Below are positions 23,601 through 36,400 of a stretch of 41,344 nt of DNA, in pieces. A model generated the notes under the pieces. The model saw only the letters and a program-made list of their open reading frames with translations, searched no databases and was not told the DNA's origin. Source of the stretch: Catajapyx aquilonaris. Lineage: Eukaryota. The position numbers and the translations under genes were made by a program. Location: positions 62,001 to 103,344 of the forward strand of contig KZ538200.1 in NCBI GenBank assembly GCA_000934665.2. The letters run 5' to 3'. Each line of letters starts with the position of its first letter. Positions within the stretch are counted from its first letter, which is position 1.

Positions 23601-26600
23601 GAGCAATGCAGTGCTGAAGTCTTATTCACTTGAAGACCACATCTTCAGCCAATCACCTAACTTATTTACTCCTCTCCTTGGTTCGTCAGCTGGCATTTCT
23701 TTCCCACGAGAGAGACAAACTGCATGTCGAACCTGGTTCAACTTCCCCCAGTGGATTTTTCCCAATGGCTCCTGCCACGTGCCAACACCACGCCCCATCT
23801 ATAATTTCCCCAAGGACCTCAGCATGCAAATGCTAAACACACGTGCCACTCCGCTCCACAAGTCCAGTTTTTTTATAAAAAAAACTAGTACCTGCAATTG
23901 TGCAATTTTCATCATGACATCAAGAACCGCCAACACACATGCTTAAAATTATGCTGACGTCTCTGATGGATCTGAAGGACAAAAGTGATGAGCATGATGT
24001 CACTGCGGTTCCTTTATACACCACCCATTCAAACATCTGTCTCTTTAAAACCCTTGCAATAGTCGATCGGGTACTGGCAAACTGCAGAAGAACTCGTTAA
24101 CACATACCCCCCCTTTTTTTAAACCATATGTATGAGGGCTTCATGCCAGAACCGCCGTTTCCTACAAGTATGAGAAAAGATGTAAAAATAAAATCCTACG
24201 CCTGTCGCAACACCCGCTGTACGCACCTGAAACCCACGCACCTGTCCAGGCAGCGTGGGAAAATCTGTCTAACCTAATGTCAAGGCAAGTGCCCCCAGTC
24301 AAAAGACCTATTCAACCCATCACATTTCACCTAATTGTACTGTACATCCGGATGTAATTATAGAATTTTCGTACAAAAAAAAGAGGCATAAACGGGACAA
24401 TTCTTAGGCGCAGGCGTCTGGTTAACGGGAATTCTGTTGAGATAGTTCAATGAGCTCGTGGTCCTCTCTCAATAACTCCTACACAACCGGATCGATGAGC
24501 CTTGACACGGAGGGAAAACTCATTACCGTCCTCTTCTCTTGTAGTTGCATACCCTCACAAGCCTCTTTTTCGGTTTTCTTGTGGTTGACATAGGGTATGG
24601 TTCAATTTCGGTACAAAGGCACCCTGACCTCGTTAGTTACAAACTTTGAAATTAGGTTCGATGCAGTCTACTGTGCACCAAACGTGGTCGATGAGGCATT
24701 GAATTTCGATATTAAGACAAGAGTATGGCAACAAACAGTAAACTGATCAAAATTACTTGTAAACAACCAGCATTTTTTAAAAATTCATACCTTAAGAATA
24801 GTGATGCATACTTTACACCACGTAATACCCGCAATTTCCTTCACAAGATTGCAACTACTGAGAACTCCGATAGTCACGAAGCCTTCTCGGTGTTAAAACT
24901 AGGCATGCCATTCTCAGCATACTAAGCTCCATTTTAGCATCTTCCTTATGTGCATTTGAAGCTATAACAGCACTAACTGCCAGCTTTCCAAAGAGTCCGT
25001 CCCCTCACAGCAATCCCTCGACTCCTACACTTGTCTCATGCAGATTAAGCACTTCTGACCTTGAGATTACAACAGATTAAAATAGTGGGTGACGTAATGG
25101 GGAATTATCTAGTAGTTGCCGGCATGTCATGCTTCACTAGCCTAACCGGTGATTCTAGCGAACAATGCCTATAGTGGCAACATGGGTACACTCTACTAGG
25201 AAACACTTCCATTATTTTGTTCCGCTTCTGATATATTAAATCGAAGGCATTACACGGATGTAATTCTGTTGGATAAGGAGGTGACATCACCATGCACACT
25301 TCAAGAAACTTACATGAGGAAGCGCCCTATAGGATTACATACTCCTTATCGCCACTTAGAAGTTGGCTTATCTAAAATGAGGATAACCGCATGAGCGCAA
25401 GTCACCAGGAAAAGTGAAGGTTGGGAGAAAGTGCATAATAATGCTAACCATTGAAAGTAGAGCCGCCTTAATTTCTTCTCGGCATTGTGGCATGAAGGCC
25501 AATGTCATAGTTGCAACACAACTGACATGCACAGTTACTTCATGTGTAAAAATAAATCTACTGCAATGCCCCACCCTTTTTTTATAAGTTGCAAGCGTCT
25601 TATGCAATGGCAACATGCTTCTCTGGCGCCATGTTTTAGCCAGACAGGAAGCTGGAGTGAAACTTTGGTTCACCTTGTATTGTTGTGACATGGCTGCAAA
25701 CTATCCTGCCAACACTGCCAGTGCCAACTAGAACAATTGTGGTGTGGTTGTGACCATGAATATAAATAATGTTATATCACACATTACCATGCAGCAGCAC
25801 TGACGCCGCCATCCATCAATGTAACTAACATCCATTTTCTCTAATAACAATCTGATGATGAAAATGCCTAATGCCTAGTAAACATGCTGTGTTATTAGGC
25901 TGTAGCAGTGGAAGAGCCATAAAAAATGCCATATTTCTGACAAAAGAATGGCTTATGAAATGTCACATACTTTTATGCCTCTTAAAATATCTAATCATAC
26001 TACAAATTTGCTGAAATTGAACCTGGGTGCCAGAGCATTTTATTTGGTGCTGTCACTTGCATGCACAAACATATGGTTATGAATAGGGCCAAAAAAAATA
26101 GGTACGCATGAGGATTCTAGTGTATAAATTTGGCGAAGGAAGTTAATGTCAAAATGAAGGTTGCGGAGGAAGTTGAAAAAATGGCAACGGTTGGATCTGC
26201 CAAAGGGACCGCTACAGAAATCCTCCTGCCGCTACACCTCAGGCCAGATCAGATGATCAAGGCTACACCAGAAATGAGAACACCCCACTAAACAAATGTG
26301 TGGTTTGGCATGTTTGTCAGGCAGGTGTTTTGTAGACACACTGACACATCATTGTGTCTGCATTGCACTATTTGCTATTACTCTATTAGCATCAGGGTAT
26401 GGTTTTAGGCCACACTATTGACCGAACCCAAATGTACCTGCAAGTGGCTATAATTGTCAAAAGTCACTGCTGCCATTATGACAGCCAAACTTTCACTGGA
26501 AAATGCCATGACCTGCGTTGCAGATGCCCATATATGGCAATGGTTGCATTTAAATGACCATCATCCAACATGACAACACCCCCTGTGGTGGCACTTGTCA

Positions 26601-26812
26601 AGTGTCCCTGGCAGCACCCCCTTGACACCTCCAGAGAGTGCCGCACGGCCATTACTGTCCTCCGTCGGTAGCATTGACTCATCCGCAATAAAATCAATGC
26701 GGCAAAAGCCAGGCAAGGCACACACGGAAACGCAGGCAGATAAACCCTGCAAGCCGCATCGCCCCCAACAATTTCCGGCAATCCCCCGACCCCGATAGAG
26801 GGCTATCTCCTT

Positions 26813-26832
26813 CTCTCTCTCTCTCTCTCTCT
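26813..26832. repeat. (CT)n/(GA)n microsatellite just inside the putative first intron
   Basis: Visible tandem array; possible GAGA-factor sites. Confidence 0.85.
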
Positions 26833-26861
26833 TCTGATCCACACCCCAGCCAACAACTTAC

Positions 26862-27300
26862 CTGAGGCCAACAATCCCAGAGAGAAGAGGCTGCCGCTGC
26901 AACACCCCTTCCTAACCCAAGTATCGCACCGGCTAGGATCCGTCCTGCATGGGGGCCGCCCCCACCAACACGCACTGCAGCTCACTCCACAGACGCCCTC
27001 CTTTTGCCCTGCTGCCACCGACCCACCGGACCCGCACTGCCAACTCTCCTCCTCCGATGCAACCCCGCAGACCGACTGCAACCCACAGGGACACACCCTC
27101 GCTGTTGGCAACACTGCCCCCGCACTTACCACCCCCACCTCCTCCTCCTCCACTTTCGAGAACTACTTCCTGGCACTCATGCCGGTCATACACTCCTCGG
27201 GTTCATACCCGCTCTGTACGGCTGGATTCGGATTGTTTGGTCATTCCAGACACTTTCCATGGTGGTATTGCATAGGTTCATTCAGAGTTGATGGGGTGGA
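26862..27300 (-). other. Probable non-coding first exon (5' UTR) of beta-spectrin; upstream boundary approximate
   Basis: GC/CpG-rich block ending in a perfect CAG|GTAAGT donor at 26862/26861, followed by (GA)n. The ATG exon has its own acceptor (ttttcag, exon start 13683), so an upstream exon is required. A second GTAAGT donor lies at 27129. Confidence 0.55.
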
Positions 27301-27430
27301 AGGGAAGGGTCAGGGTGTGTCTGGATTCGGCGGAGGGATATGAGGTGACGTCATAGGGGTGATGTCATTGTGGGGGGGAGGAAGGGAGGGAAGTTTGAAG
27401 TCGGGTGATGGACCGTGGAGGTGGCTTCCG
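27290..27430 (-). promoter_or_regulatory. Candidate beta-spectrin promoter
   Basis: Palindromic CRE (TGACGTCA, 27346-27353), GGCGGAGGG GC-box-like and G-rich tracts at the boundary between CpG-poor intergenic DNA and the CpG-rich exon. Confidence 0.4.
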
Positions 27431-30400
27431 GAGCCTGCAGCTCTTAGAGGAACATCGTTACTTTATTTAGAACATGTAAAGACGGAAAGAGTGGAGTGGA
27501 TGGAAATGGCAGAACACACACCTGTGTTACTCCTGCTACCAGACTGTTGTAATACTTGCAAATGGCTTGCTTCAAGGTTACTAAACATGTATGAACATGT
27601 AAGAAAATGTGATGTGAAAAATGTTTTCAAAACTCAACCTGAACAAAATGTGCTCTGCCAGATTTTAATGCAGATATCATTTTGAGTTCACAGAGGGTGT
27701 CCTTATCACCATCATTATGCAATTTATAACCACCCCATTTTCAGTAGCATATCACAAGCATTGCGGTTTTATCAGCTGTCAGAATGATAATACAAATCGT
27801 CATGCAGGATGTGTCAATTTGTAAGTTTCCCCAAGTCTGGTAATGCAAAAGGTGCTGTTGACTGATTCTACTAATGCTGAATTATTTGTGGTTATTCTTG
27901 TCACCAATAAATGTAAGAGTAAGAGGGGAGGGCAAATTAGACATTGTAATGACATGGTGATCTCTCACAGTACTGCATAATATTTCTATTAAAAAAACTG
28001 GAAAATTCGCATACAACATGTAAATGCAGGTAGTATACCACCCTGTGACTATGGATTGGATTGTAAACTCAGCTGTTAAAACAGAACCCCAACACCAAAG
28101 CCAAAGTATCTGGCACTGGCTGTAAGTGGAAGTATTTAATACCTCAATCAGGAGAGAAGAGAAACAAAGTAATCAAATTTGCAAACTATATGTAGGCCTA
28201 TATGAGAAAGGAAAATTTTCATAACACTTTTTTTAAAAAGTTACCTGCATGTTACTGATAGAAAATTATCACGATCCAATAATCCAAAGTTTACATGTTG
28301 CACACTACTTTTCTTGATCTCGGGAGGGATCATGTTTGCAAGGTACTGTATCCAATACCGAATTTGCCCTTGAATCTTCTCAATTGAACCTTGGCCCTAT
28401 CAAAACTCAATGCTCATTTCACAACCAAGCAAGGATCAAACTCAAAATTTCATCAGTCAAATCAGTGAAAAGTTCACACAATGTAAATAACATTACAAAA
28501 ACATAAAATAAGTGGGAAACACTAGTTAGTTGTAATCTCAATAATCACAACATGACATAGTACAGCTACAGCCATTTAATTCCATTTGTCAAAGTTATTC
28601 TCAAGAAAATTATAATTACACATCATTTTACATACATCTTTAATAAACATTGCATATCAAGTGTTTTTAGGCGTAATTGAGCAAAAGTTGACTGAAACCA
28701 TGCACAAGTAACCTTTTCAATTATGATGTCCACAAATATTATAAGAGTAACAAAATAGAGCATGTTTTGCTTAGAAAAGAGGTTCGCTTCACATTTAGCA
28801 TAACACAAGAAATAAAACTTGTTGCCTGTTCAGATTAAAAGGTCAACATAGTTAGAAAATGCAGTGAAACCTGCCATAGATACAGCTGAAACTTTCCACT
28901 GTGGGACAATTTGGCAGAAGCTACATTTCCCATGAATTTTGTCCAATACATCCAGTCTAAAACAAATATCAACACCATTTTTAGGTCTCATGGATTAACC
29001 TGAAGACTATTATTACAGTACATCCCAACAAATTGAAGAGAGGGACATTTCTTGCAGTACTTGCAATTTGAGAATTCATCCACTACAAAACTGACAACCA
29101 TCCCCTCCTGGTCTTCTCGAAATGCAAGGGCATTCAAAAAGTTTTTAACCTGACCATGAAGCGTTAAACCTACACATGACAATAAACATGCCTTTTCACC
29201 ATAAAATGTCCCCTAATGCAATCTTAGTAAAATTGAATGAGGGTTGAGCATACATGAAGAGTAAAGGGTTACTGACCCCACGTAGTGGGGCATGCCAAGA
29301 TTTTAGAAAACATACCTCTGGGGGCTACATGATCCTACATCAACGTTCTGGTAGAAGGCAGTGCCACCAGGTATAGAGTGGGGTTTAGTCTATAATCTAC
29401 CTGTGAAAGTACATTTTTTTGCACTGGAAAATGAAGAACACATCCTAGTTTTACATCCTCTCAACCCATCAGCATCATCAGTCAGGAATAGCTGCTGTAA
29501 ATCACTGTACAATAAAATTCGTTCTCCCTCCCACTCCATTATCTGAGCACTGGTGGCATGAGTGTTATGGTAGATTGACATTGCACTCAACCCCTCTCCT
29601 GCCCTTTGAACTAAATTATGGGAAGCCCTAGCTAGAGCAGCACTACAGCTGATGTCCCTGGACCAGTAAGAAACAGCGAGTGGAAAAAGACATACTGGGA
29701 ACTGTTGTGGCTCAGAAAACATGATAGTATATGCATATGGAGTATAAAATACATACTGGTACCGGTACTATGGATTTGTCTTCATCATATCAGTTATTTG
29801 AATTAAATACTTTAAACATTTGAAAGTCTTCATAGTAATTTGATTGAGAATACTGGTAATTTCAAAAGGATGGAAAAAAAATTAACAAAAATTGCCCCAC
29901 TTTATACCAGCTGGCCAGTTCCCACATGGTATACTGGTCCCCTGCACAACCCCATTTCTTACCAACATGCTGCTCTGTGTGGGGTAACATGGTGTAATAA
30001 TGGATTTGAAGGAACCAAAGTTGCACATGCTGTGATGAAGTTATTGGCAAGGGAAGGTAAGACGCCAGCAGTAGTCAATCAGATGATGGTAGCCGTTTAC
30101 TACAATTATGCCCCAAGAATGGCTCAAATCAAGTATTGGTGCAGGCAGTCCAAGAGTAGAAATGTGTGACAAAGTGAAAGTTCTAGTGCTCCATGTCAGG
30201 CTAATCATTGTCCCTCAGATGAAGCTGGCTGTTGGCATTTCAGTGGAGAGTGTGATGTCCATCATTCAGGATCATCACATTGTCTGTAAGATCAGTTCAG
30301 AATGGATAGCCTGTATGCTGATGGAAGAGACAAGTCATTAGTGCTCAGAACTTGGAGAGCTGGATAAACAATACAATACAGAGAACCCTTTTTGGGGAAA

Positions 30401-30562
30401 ATAGATGCCATATGCCACTCTCTGATGATGATCAAATAGCTTTGCCTCTTCTTTCATCAAGAACTGTATTATGGCTCAAAACTCCAGTTTCTTAATATCC
30501 ACACTATTATAAATGAATTTTTTAATGAGCGCAACCAAGTGTGCAACACAGTTCATGCATAT

Positions 30563-31847
30563 GGGTCATTCCATGTCAGTTCGGCCCTGTTTGGACCCTT
30601 CATGTGGCGGATTTGAATGCTATTCACAGGTTATGGTGACACAGCGTTGCTAAAACATTGTACCAAAGTGTTTTGAGATTTTTTTATTTTTACCAGTTTT
30701 TTGGGGGGTGGTAATTTTGAGCCTTTTCTCTGCGAGCAATTTTTCTTTTGGCTGTTTCTCCGCAACTAATTGTGACACAGATGTGCTTTTGATATCAATT
30801 TACTCAAAAAGGTTGATATGATAGTATACAGTATGTAACCCCGAGAGCAATAAAATGTCTGCAACGCTTATCAATTTGTGTTTGTGGGGTGGGAGGCATG
30901 GGTTTGCTTGGGGGAGCAGTGTGGGGGCTACCAAATGAGTTGTACATGTGTCTTACTCTCACCAGTGGTCATCCCAACTTGAATATCAACATTTGCACTG
31001 AGCTAGGTGGGACGATTTGCATGTTGGGTGTACCCATAATAATGACGACATATGGAGGGGGTCTCACTTAAGAGGCCAAATCTTCCTTAGTATTATCTGG
31101 TATTATACTAGCCAACAGGACTGATATGGCCACATGTAGGTAACATATAGGGCTACTGAAAACCAGCGAAAAATAAATATAATTCGCAAGACACTCCACA
31201 AAAAAATAGGGGGAAGAAGGAAGCTTCTCGAGTTATGTCGACGTCCCAGTGCAACACCATCGTAAGCCACAACAATGTAAAATGAAGGTTACAATGGTTT
31301 TGTTATTGAATATACGCTAAATAAGACTCTTAATAAGACAGGAACCACTGGGTATGGGTATGAATATACGCTAAATAAGACTCTTAATAAGACAGGAACC
31401 ACTGGGTATATTCAATAACAAAATCATTGTAACCTTCATTTTACATTGTTGTGGCTTACGATAGTGTTGCACTGGGACGTCGATGTATTTAAAAAAAAAA
31501 CAATGTTTAAAATTTGCAATTTAAATATTATTAACACAAAAATTTAAAATCTAAAAATTAACAACAGAATACTATTATATCAACCTTTCTAAGTAAATTG
31601 ATATCAAAAGCACATCTGTGTCACGATTAGTTGCGGAGAAACAGCCAAAAGAAAAATGGCTTGCAAAGAAAAGGCTCAAAATTACCACCCCCCCCCCCCA
31701 AAAAAAAAAAAATATGGTAAAAATAAATAAATTTCAAAACACTTTGGTACAATGATTTAGCAATGCTGTGTCACCATAACCTGCGAATATCATTGAAATC
31801 CGCCACATCAAGGGTCTAAACAGGGCCAAACTGACAAGAAATGACCC
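30563..31847. mobile_element. Non-autonomous long-TIR DNA transposon (1285 bp), tentatively Sola2-like
   Basis: ATAT|GGGTCATT ... AATGACCC|ATAT; imperfect TIRs of about 270 bp (30563-~30828 versus ~31570-31847); no transposase ORF. The family call rests only on GRG termini, a 4-bp TSD and long TIRs. Confidence 0.8.
31238..31483. repeat. Near-perfect 78-bp inverted repeat enclosing a 54-bp-period tandem duplication
   Basis: Arms 31238-31315 and 31406-31483 differ at 2 positions; unit tgaatatacgctaaataagactcttaataagacaggaaccactgggta starts at 31307 and 31361. Confidence 0.9.
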
Positions 31848-31861
31848 ATATTGATTCCAAC

Positions 31862-31972
31862 CAGGGATGAAAAAAGTACCGCTTCCTTCCAAGAAGCGCT
31901 TCTTTTTTCCATGTGCAGGGATAGAAAAAGAACCGCTTACCGCCCAAAGAAGCGGTTCTTTTTCCATCCCTG
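31862..31972. mobile_element. hAT-type MITE (111 bp)
   Basis: CAGGGATGAAAAAAGTACCGCTT ... AAGCGGTTCTTTTTCCATCCCTG with an exact 8-bp TSD attccaac (31854-31861, 31973-31980); a third TIR copy lies internally at 31916-31938. Confidence 0.85.
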
Positions 31973-32764
31973 ATTCCAACACTAACTTGTAAGCTTGAAG
32001 GGGTAACAATATGGCCAACTTTTGCAATGTTGCCAAGGCTCTGGAATGGACCTTAGACTTAGAGGCTATCTGAGGAGTAACTTTTAAATAATAGTTGAGT
32101 GGGGAAGACCCGGACAATATGGCCTTGCACGCCTGCTGGAGCAAAGCTCCTCAAAAGTCTACAGGAGTTGAGGACCAAGAATGCCAAAACCCTAAAACCA
32201 TGAACCTGAACCATGAACTGAGGCAACATTGTTTTCAGAACAGTGGACTTGCGCAAGTGTACTTGGTTGCGTCCGGGTGGAAATTCATCTATACTTATGT
32301 GCTTATGTCTAGTCTACCCACAGATGCAATATATGCAAGATTGCATCAGGGCACATTTTATTACGGGAAACACACGCCAGTTTATTTTCATGCATAGAGA
32401 CTTATTGCTTCATGGTCATGAGAAATGTGGAGTGGCACTACAATAATATACATGCCCATGGATGGAACGGTGCCAGGTTCGTTCCCAAGCCTGGGACTTT
32501 CCCATTTCATCTCATGAAGAGTTGGATCAACTCGGGCTTTACCTCGGGTAGCATGCATGGAGACTAACAACTCGGGGGAACTCTGAAAAGGCCATTAACC
32601 ATATTGCATTTGCACCTTCCCTCCCATTCACCCCTGCATGTGGACCCAGGCACTATGCAAATAAGGTTCTAATATGCACTACCAAAATATATCGAAATAA
32701 TAAAGGTCCATGCCACATACCTCAAAAAGGGGCCAACACACTATTCACAATGTTATTATTATTA

Positions 32765-32936
32765 AGGCCCATACACACAGGCCATTGACAGTTTTGGTCT
32801 TTGGTCGCGGACCAATCATGACTCATGTAAACAAACTGTAAACAATGTGTTGTGCTTGTTTACATGAGTCATGATTAGTCCGCGGCGTCAACGCGACCAA
32901 AGACCAAAACCGTCGACGGCCTGTGTGTGTGGGCCT
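32765..32936. mobile_element. Palindromic MITE (172 bp), PIF/Harbinger-like (TTA TSD); Kolobok not excluded
   Basis: TTA|AGGCCCATACACACAGGCC ... GGCCTGTGTGTGTGGGCCT|TTA; nearly the entire length is an inverted repeat. Confidence 0.82.
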
Positions 32937-33223
32937 TTAATGGTCAGGAAAGAATAAAGCTTTTGCTGAATGCCCCTTGTAGTTTGGTTGCTACTGCCTT
33001 TCCCTGCATCTATTATTCAGTCTTCTTGGGCACTTGTTAGCAGAATATGAACATGCCCAAAAGACACAGTCAAGGACACCAATTCAAAGACATATTAATG
33101 CCTAAAATGATGTTTCCTAATAGCCTTCTCCGATAAATTACAAAAAAATATATTGAAATTGAGAAGACCCACTATACACAGATTTCACTGCATCATATAA
33201 GCTCATTGTTCACCACATGTATA

Positions 33224-33392
33224 CAGCAAAACCTGGATATAACACTCCCGCATATACAGTAATGCTTTTCTGCCCCTTTTTTCCGGTCCCCTGATCATTT
33301 CCATAAGGTAAATTTCCCTGCATATAAGCTATCCTGTTTATAACGCTACCTTTGGGAGGTCCCTTGAAGAGCGTTATATCAAGGTTTTACTG
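33224..33392. mobile_element. Tc1/mariner (pogo/Tigger-like) MITE, 169 bp, just 3' of the Vps39 stop
   Basis: TA|CAGCAAAACCTGGATATAAC ... GTTATATCAAGGTTTTACTG|TA. Confidence 0.82.
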
Positions 33393-33477
33393 TATTCAGT
33401 ATTGCCCCATTAGGCTTCAGTCTTCAAAAATCGACTAGTACACAACTCCTTGCACACATAAGCATTGCAATTATTTA

Positions 33478-36400
33478 TCATGATACCTTCCTGTCCTGAC
33501 ATGAATAATGCACCACTTCTCCACTTGGGTAGTACGCAAAGGCGCTGAAAAAAAAAGCGTCATCAATTGCAATTCTTGCCAACAATTTAGGTAACGTCAA
33601 TACCTCTGATTCCCAAACCTCTTCTTACACACTGCACAGGCATTGGTCTCTTCCAGAGTTATCTTTTGAGATTGGTAACTCATTCTCACATCCTGAATCT
33701 GGAGATGCTCTGCAAAAAGCAATCCCTTAAGCACTTGCGATTTCCTCCTCTCTGTCACCTTTTGCTGGAGGGTTGTGTTCAAGAACTTGAATATATTCTG
33801 CAGGGACACACTCTCAGGTAGGATGCGGACTGCCTTTATTGGGTCTATCTTGGTTGCATGTTCCTGAAGTAATTCCAGAGCAGCAGGCAAGTTACGTTCT
33901 GCTCTGACAGGGACGTTGATTCCTGGCATCCAGTCATCAGTTGGGCTGACCAGCATTTTCAGTAAAATGGCATATACCTGGAGAAGTTAATATAATTGTG
34001 AATATCTTTGATTACAAACAGGTAATTGACTTTCTACCAAATACAGTTTCTGACATTTGATGACGACGAGAAGTAAACTCTTTCAGGTGAGAGCCTAATG
34101 CACACTTTGACAGATTAAACATCGTCATATCATGAGTTCGTGTCATCATTGGAATTAACCAGTTTCAAAAATTTGACACAAGGTTGAATGAGAATGAGAA
34201 ATATTTCACATACTTCCTTGTCTTCTGGAGCACTGCGGTTGTATGTCTTGTCACAATAAGAGATAGCTTTCGACAGGTCTTGAAGGATGTGTACATAAAT
34301 AGCCAGTGCTTGCTCATGTCTCCCAAGTTTTCCGAGGAGAATGGCTCTCTCTTCATACAACACTGCAAAAACAAATGCATAATACATGACAGCTTAGGAA
34401 AGTGACAAAAAAGTACAATGGTATAGAATAAAACAGGTTTCTACTGAGAATAAAGCAACACTGAGCACTGTGAATAAGCAATCATTCATTATATCTGATG
34501 CAGCACCATGTGTCTCGCTCTCTCCCTCTCTATACAGAAATTAATGCTATACTGTATAATAGCCATGTGGTGCCTGTCTGTTTGTTTGTCCTGAGCTTTA
34601 CTGGATAGGTTAGAGCCATGCCTATAACTGAACCTTGCCCTGGCTCAACTGGCCCTAAATTAGCATTTCCAAAACTGTGTACATAAACTAAAAACACACA
34701 CACACACACACCCTATTACTTGGCCCCAGGAAATCATTTCAGTCAGGGACAAGAAAGAGAATTAACATATTAGTGATCCCTGATGATCTAACAAAGTAGA
34801 TGGTATGCAATAAAAAGACCCTATCATTGTGTTGAACCTGGAGTGGAGTTCAAGTGTGATTAATTACAGGCCTTGGCCTGGATATGCCCTTACTTTCATA
34901 TGGAAACTGCACTAACACAGTCTCTGGGGTGTAATGTGTGGACTTCTCCAGAAAATCCAACAGCTTATTTCGCAGATGTCCAGCTTCTCCAGGTTCATCA
35001 CCAGCCTTCGTCCCCTCTGATATGTGACTCTTCATTTCTCCCATCAGCTGCATTAGGTGTTCTTTGTACTGATGGATAAGTGCATTGTGGAATATGGAGT
35101 TTGTATCTTCCCATGTGAAAATAACATGTTCCTGGAATGTAACGACCGATATCAGAAATGGAAAATTGTTGAAGATCAATGTCACATATCTCTTGGATTT
35201 TTAAACAATTTCTGACATTTTATATCTGAACTTCGATGAAACCTTCATGGTTCCTTCAGAAATGCATGTATATCATCCACTTTCATGCAAGTCCAGAAAA
35301 TTGGACTTTTTACATGTAGCATTAACTTTCTTTTAGAGGGCACCTGCATTTTGCTTAGCACAAAACATACCAAGTAAGGCGTAACAAGTGATTTCTGAGT
35401 GCGGAGCAGGTAATCCAGCACTTTTGGCCTTGGAAGTTGCTCCACTTCCTGAATATCCTCCGTGAATATCTTCAAACCTTCTACAGGAGTTTCTTCCAGA
35501 ACCCAAGTGGCAAATTCAAATATTAGATCCAGATGATCCTTCCCTGAAATAAATGAGTTTACTGTCAGTACAAGTTGGGTGTCTGAGAGCGGTTAAAATT
35601 GCTGAATCCTCACCTAGGTGCTGCAAGTATTGAACAGTCCTCTCTGGGCCCTTCAATGGTGAATCCAACTTCTTTGCCTGCCTCTGAAGTAGTTCAAGAG
35701 CTTTCTTGTGAAGTCCTTTGGTGTGATATAAAATTATTAGTTCACTGTACTTGTGATGCTTCTTCAAAGCCCTTTCAGTCTCCTCCAGATGACAATGGTT
35801 GTCTTTCAGGCGCAAGAGAGAAGCCACAAGTGCATCATTTGTCTGTAGAAGGAGTGGAAAACCAAAATGTCCATGATTAAAAGATGCGGCAAATAATTCA
35901 GTCACATCATCCGTCCCCGTATCATACACATGCGCAATACAACATGAGAAAATGAAACACAAAAACCGCAAGCAGTAATGTAGCACCCCTCTTCAGCTGA
36001 AACTCTTACTGTCTCACCTGCAAGTAGCATTTCAGCAATGTGGTGTCAATTATCTGCAGCAATTTCCACTTAGACTTGATTGTTGCATTGCCCTCCACAA
36101 TAGCTGTTGAATTCTTGATGCCAGTGTTAAGATCACCCATCAGCTTATGCCTAACCTGAGTTAGAAATTCAATCAAGGCAAGTAAGCCGTTTTCTAGCTC
36201 TCTTCCTTGCAGTTCTGGAAGGTTGTCTGGATATTCCAGCTGGTCCCTATATTCCTGAGGAAGCAGGTCTGGGAAAAGGCCAATCACATGGGATGGATCT
36301 GCAACATAGCACAATTTGTTAAGTACAAGACCTGAGTACAAAACAAGCCCACCCGGCCAGAACGCACCTGTGCCCAGCTTAAAGAAGACATTCATGGAAT

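Noticed and set aside
26803..27275. Gly/Pro/Glu-rich ORFs as an alternative spectrin N-terminus
   Set aside because: The frames in phase with the donors lack an ATG before an upstream stop; GC-rich leader composition explains the ORFs.
31307..31408. CRISPR-like direct repeats (also 39001-39071)
   Set aside because: Eukaryotic context, only 2-3 units, no unique spacers, inside transposon-derived sequence.
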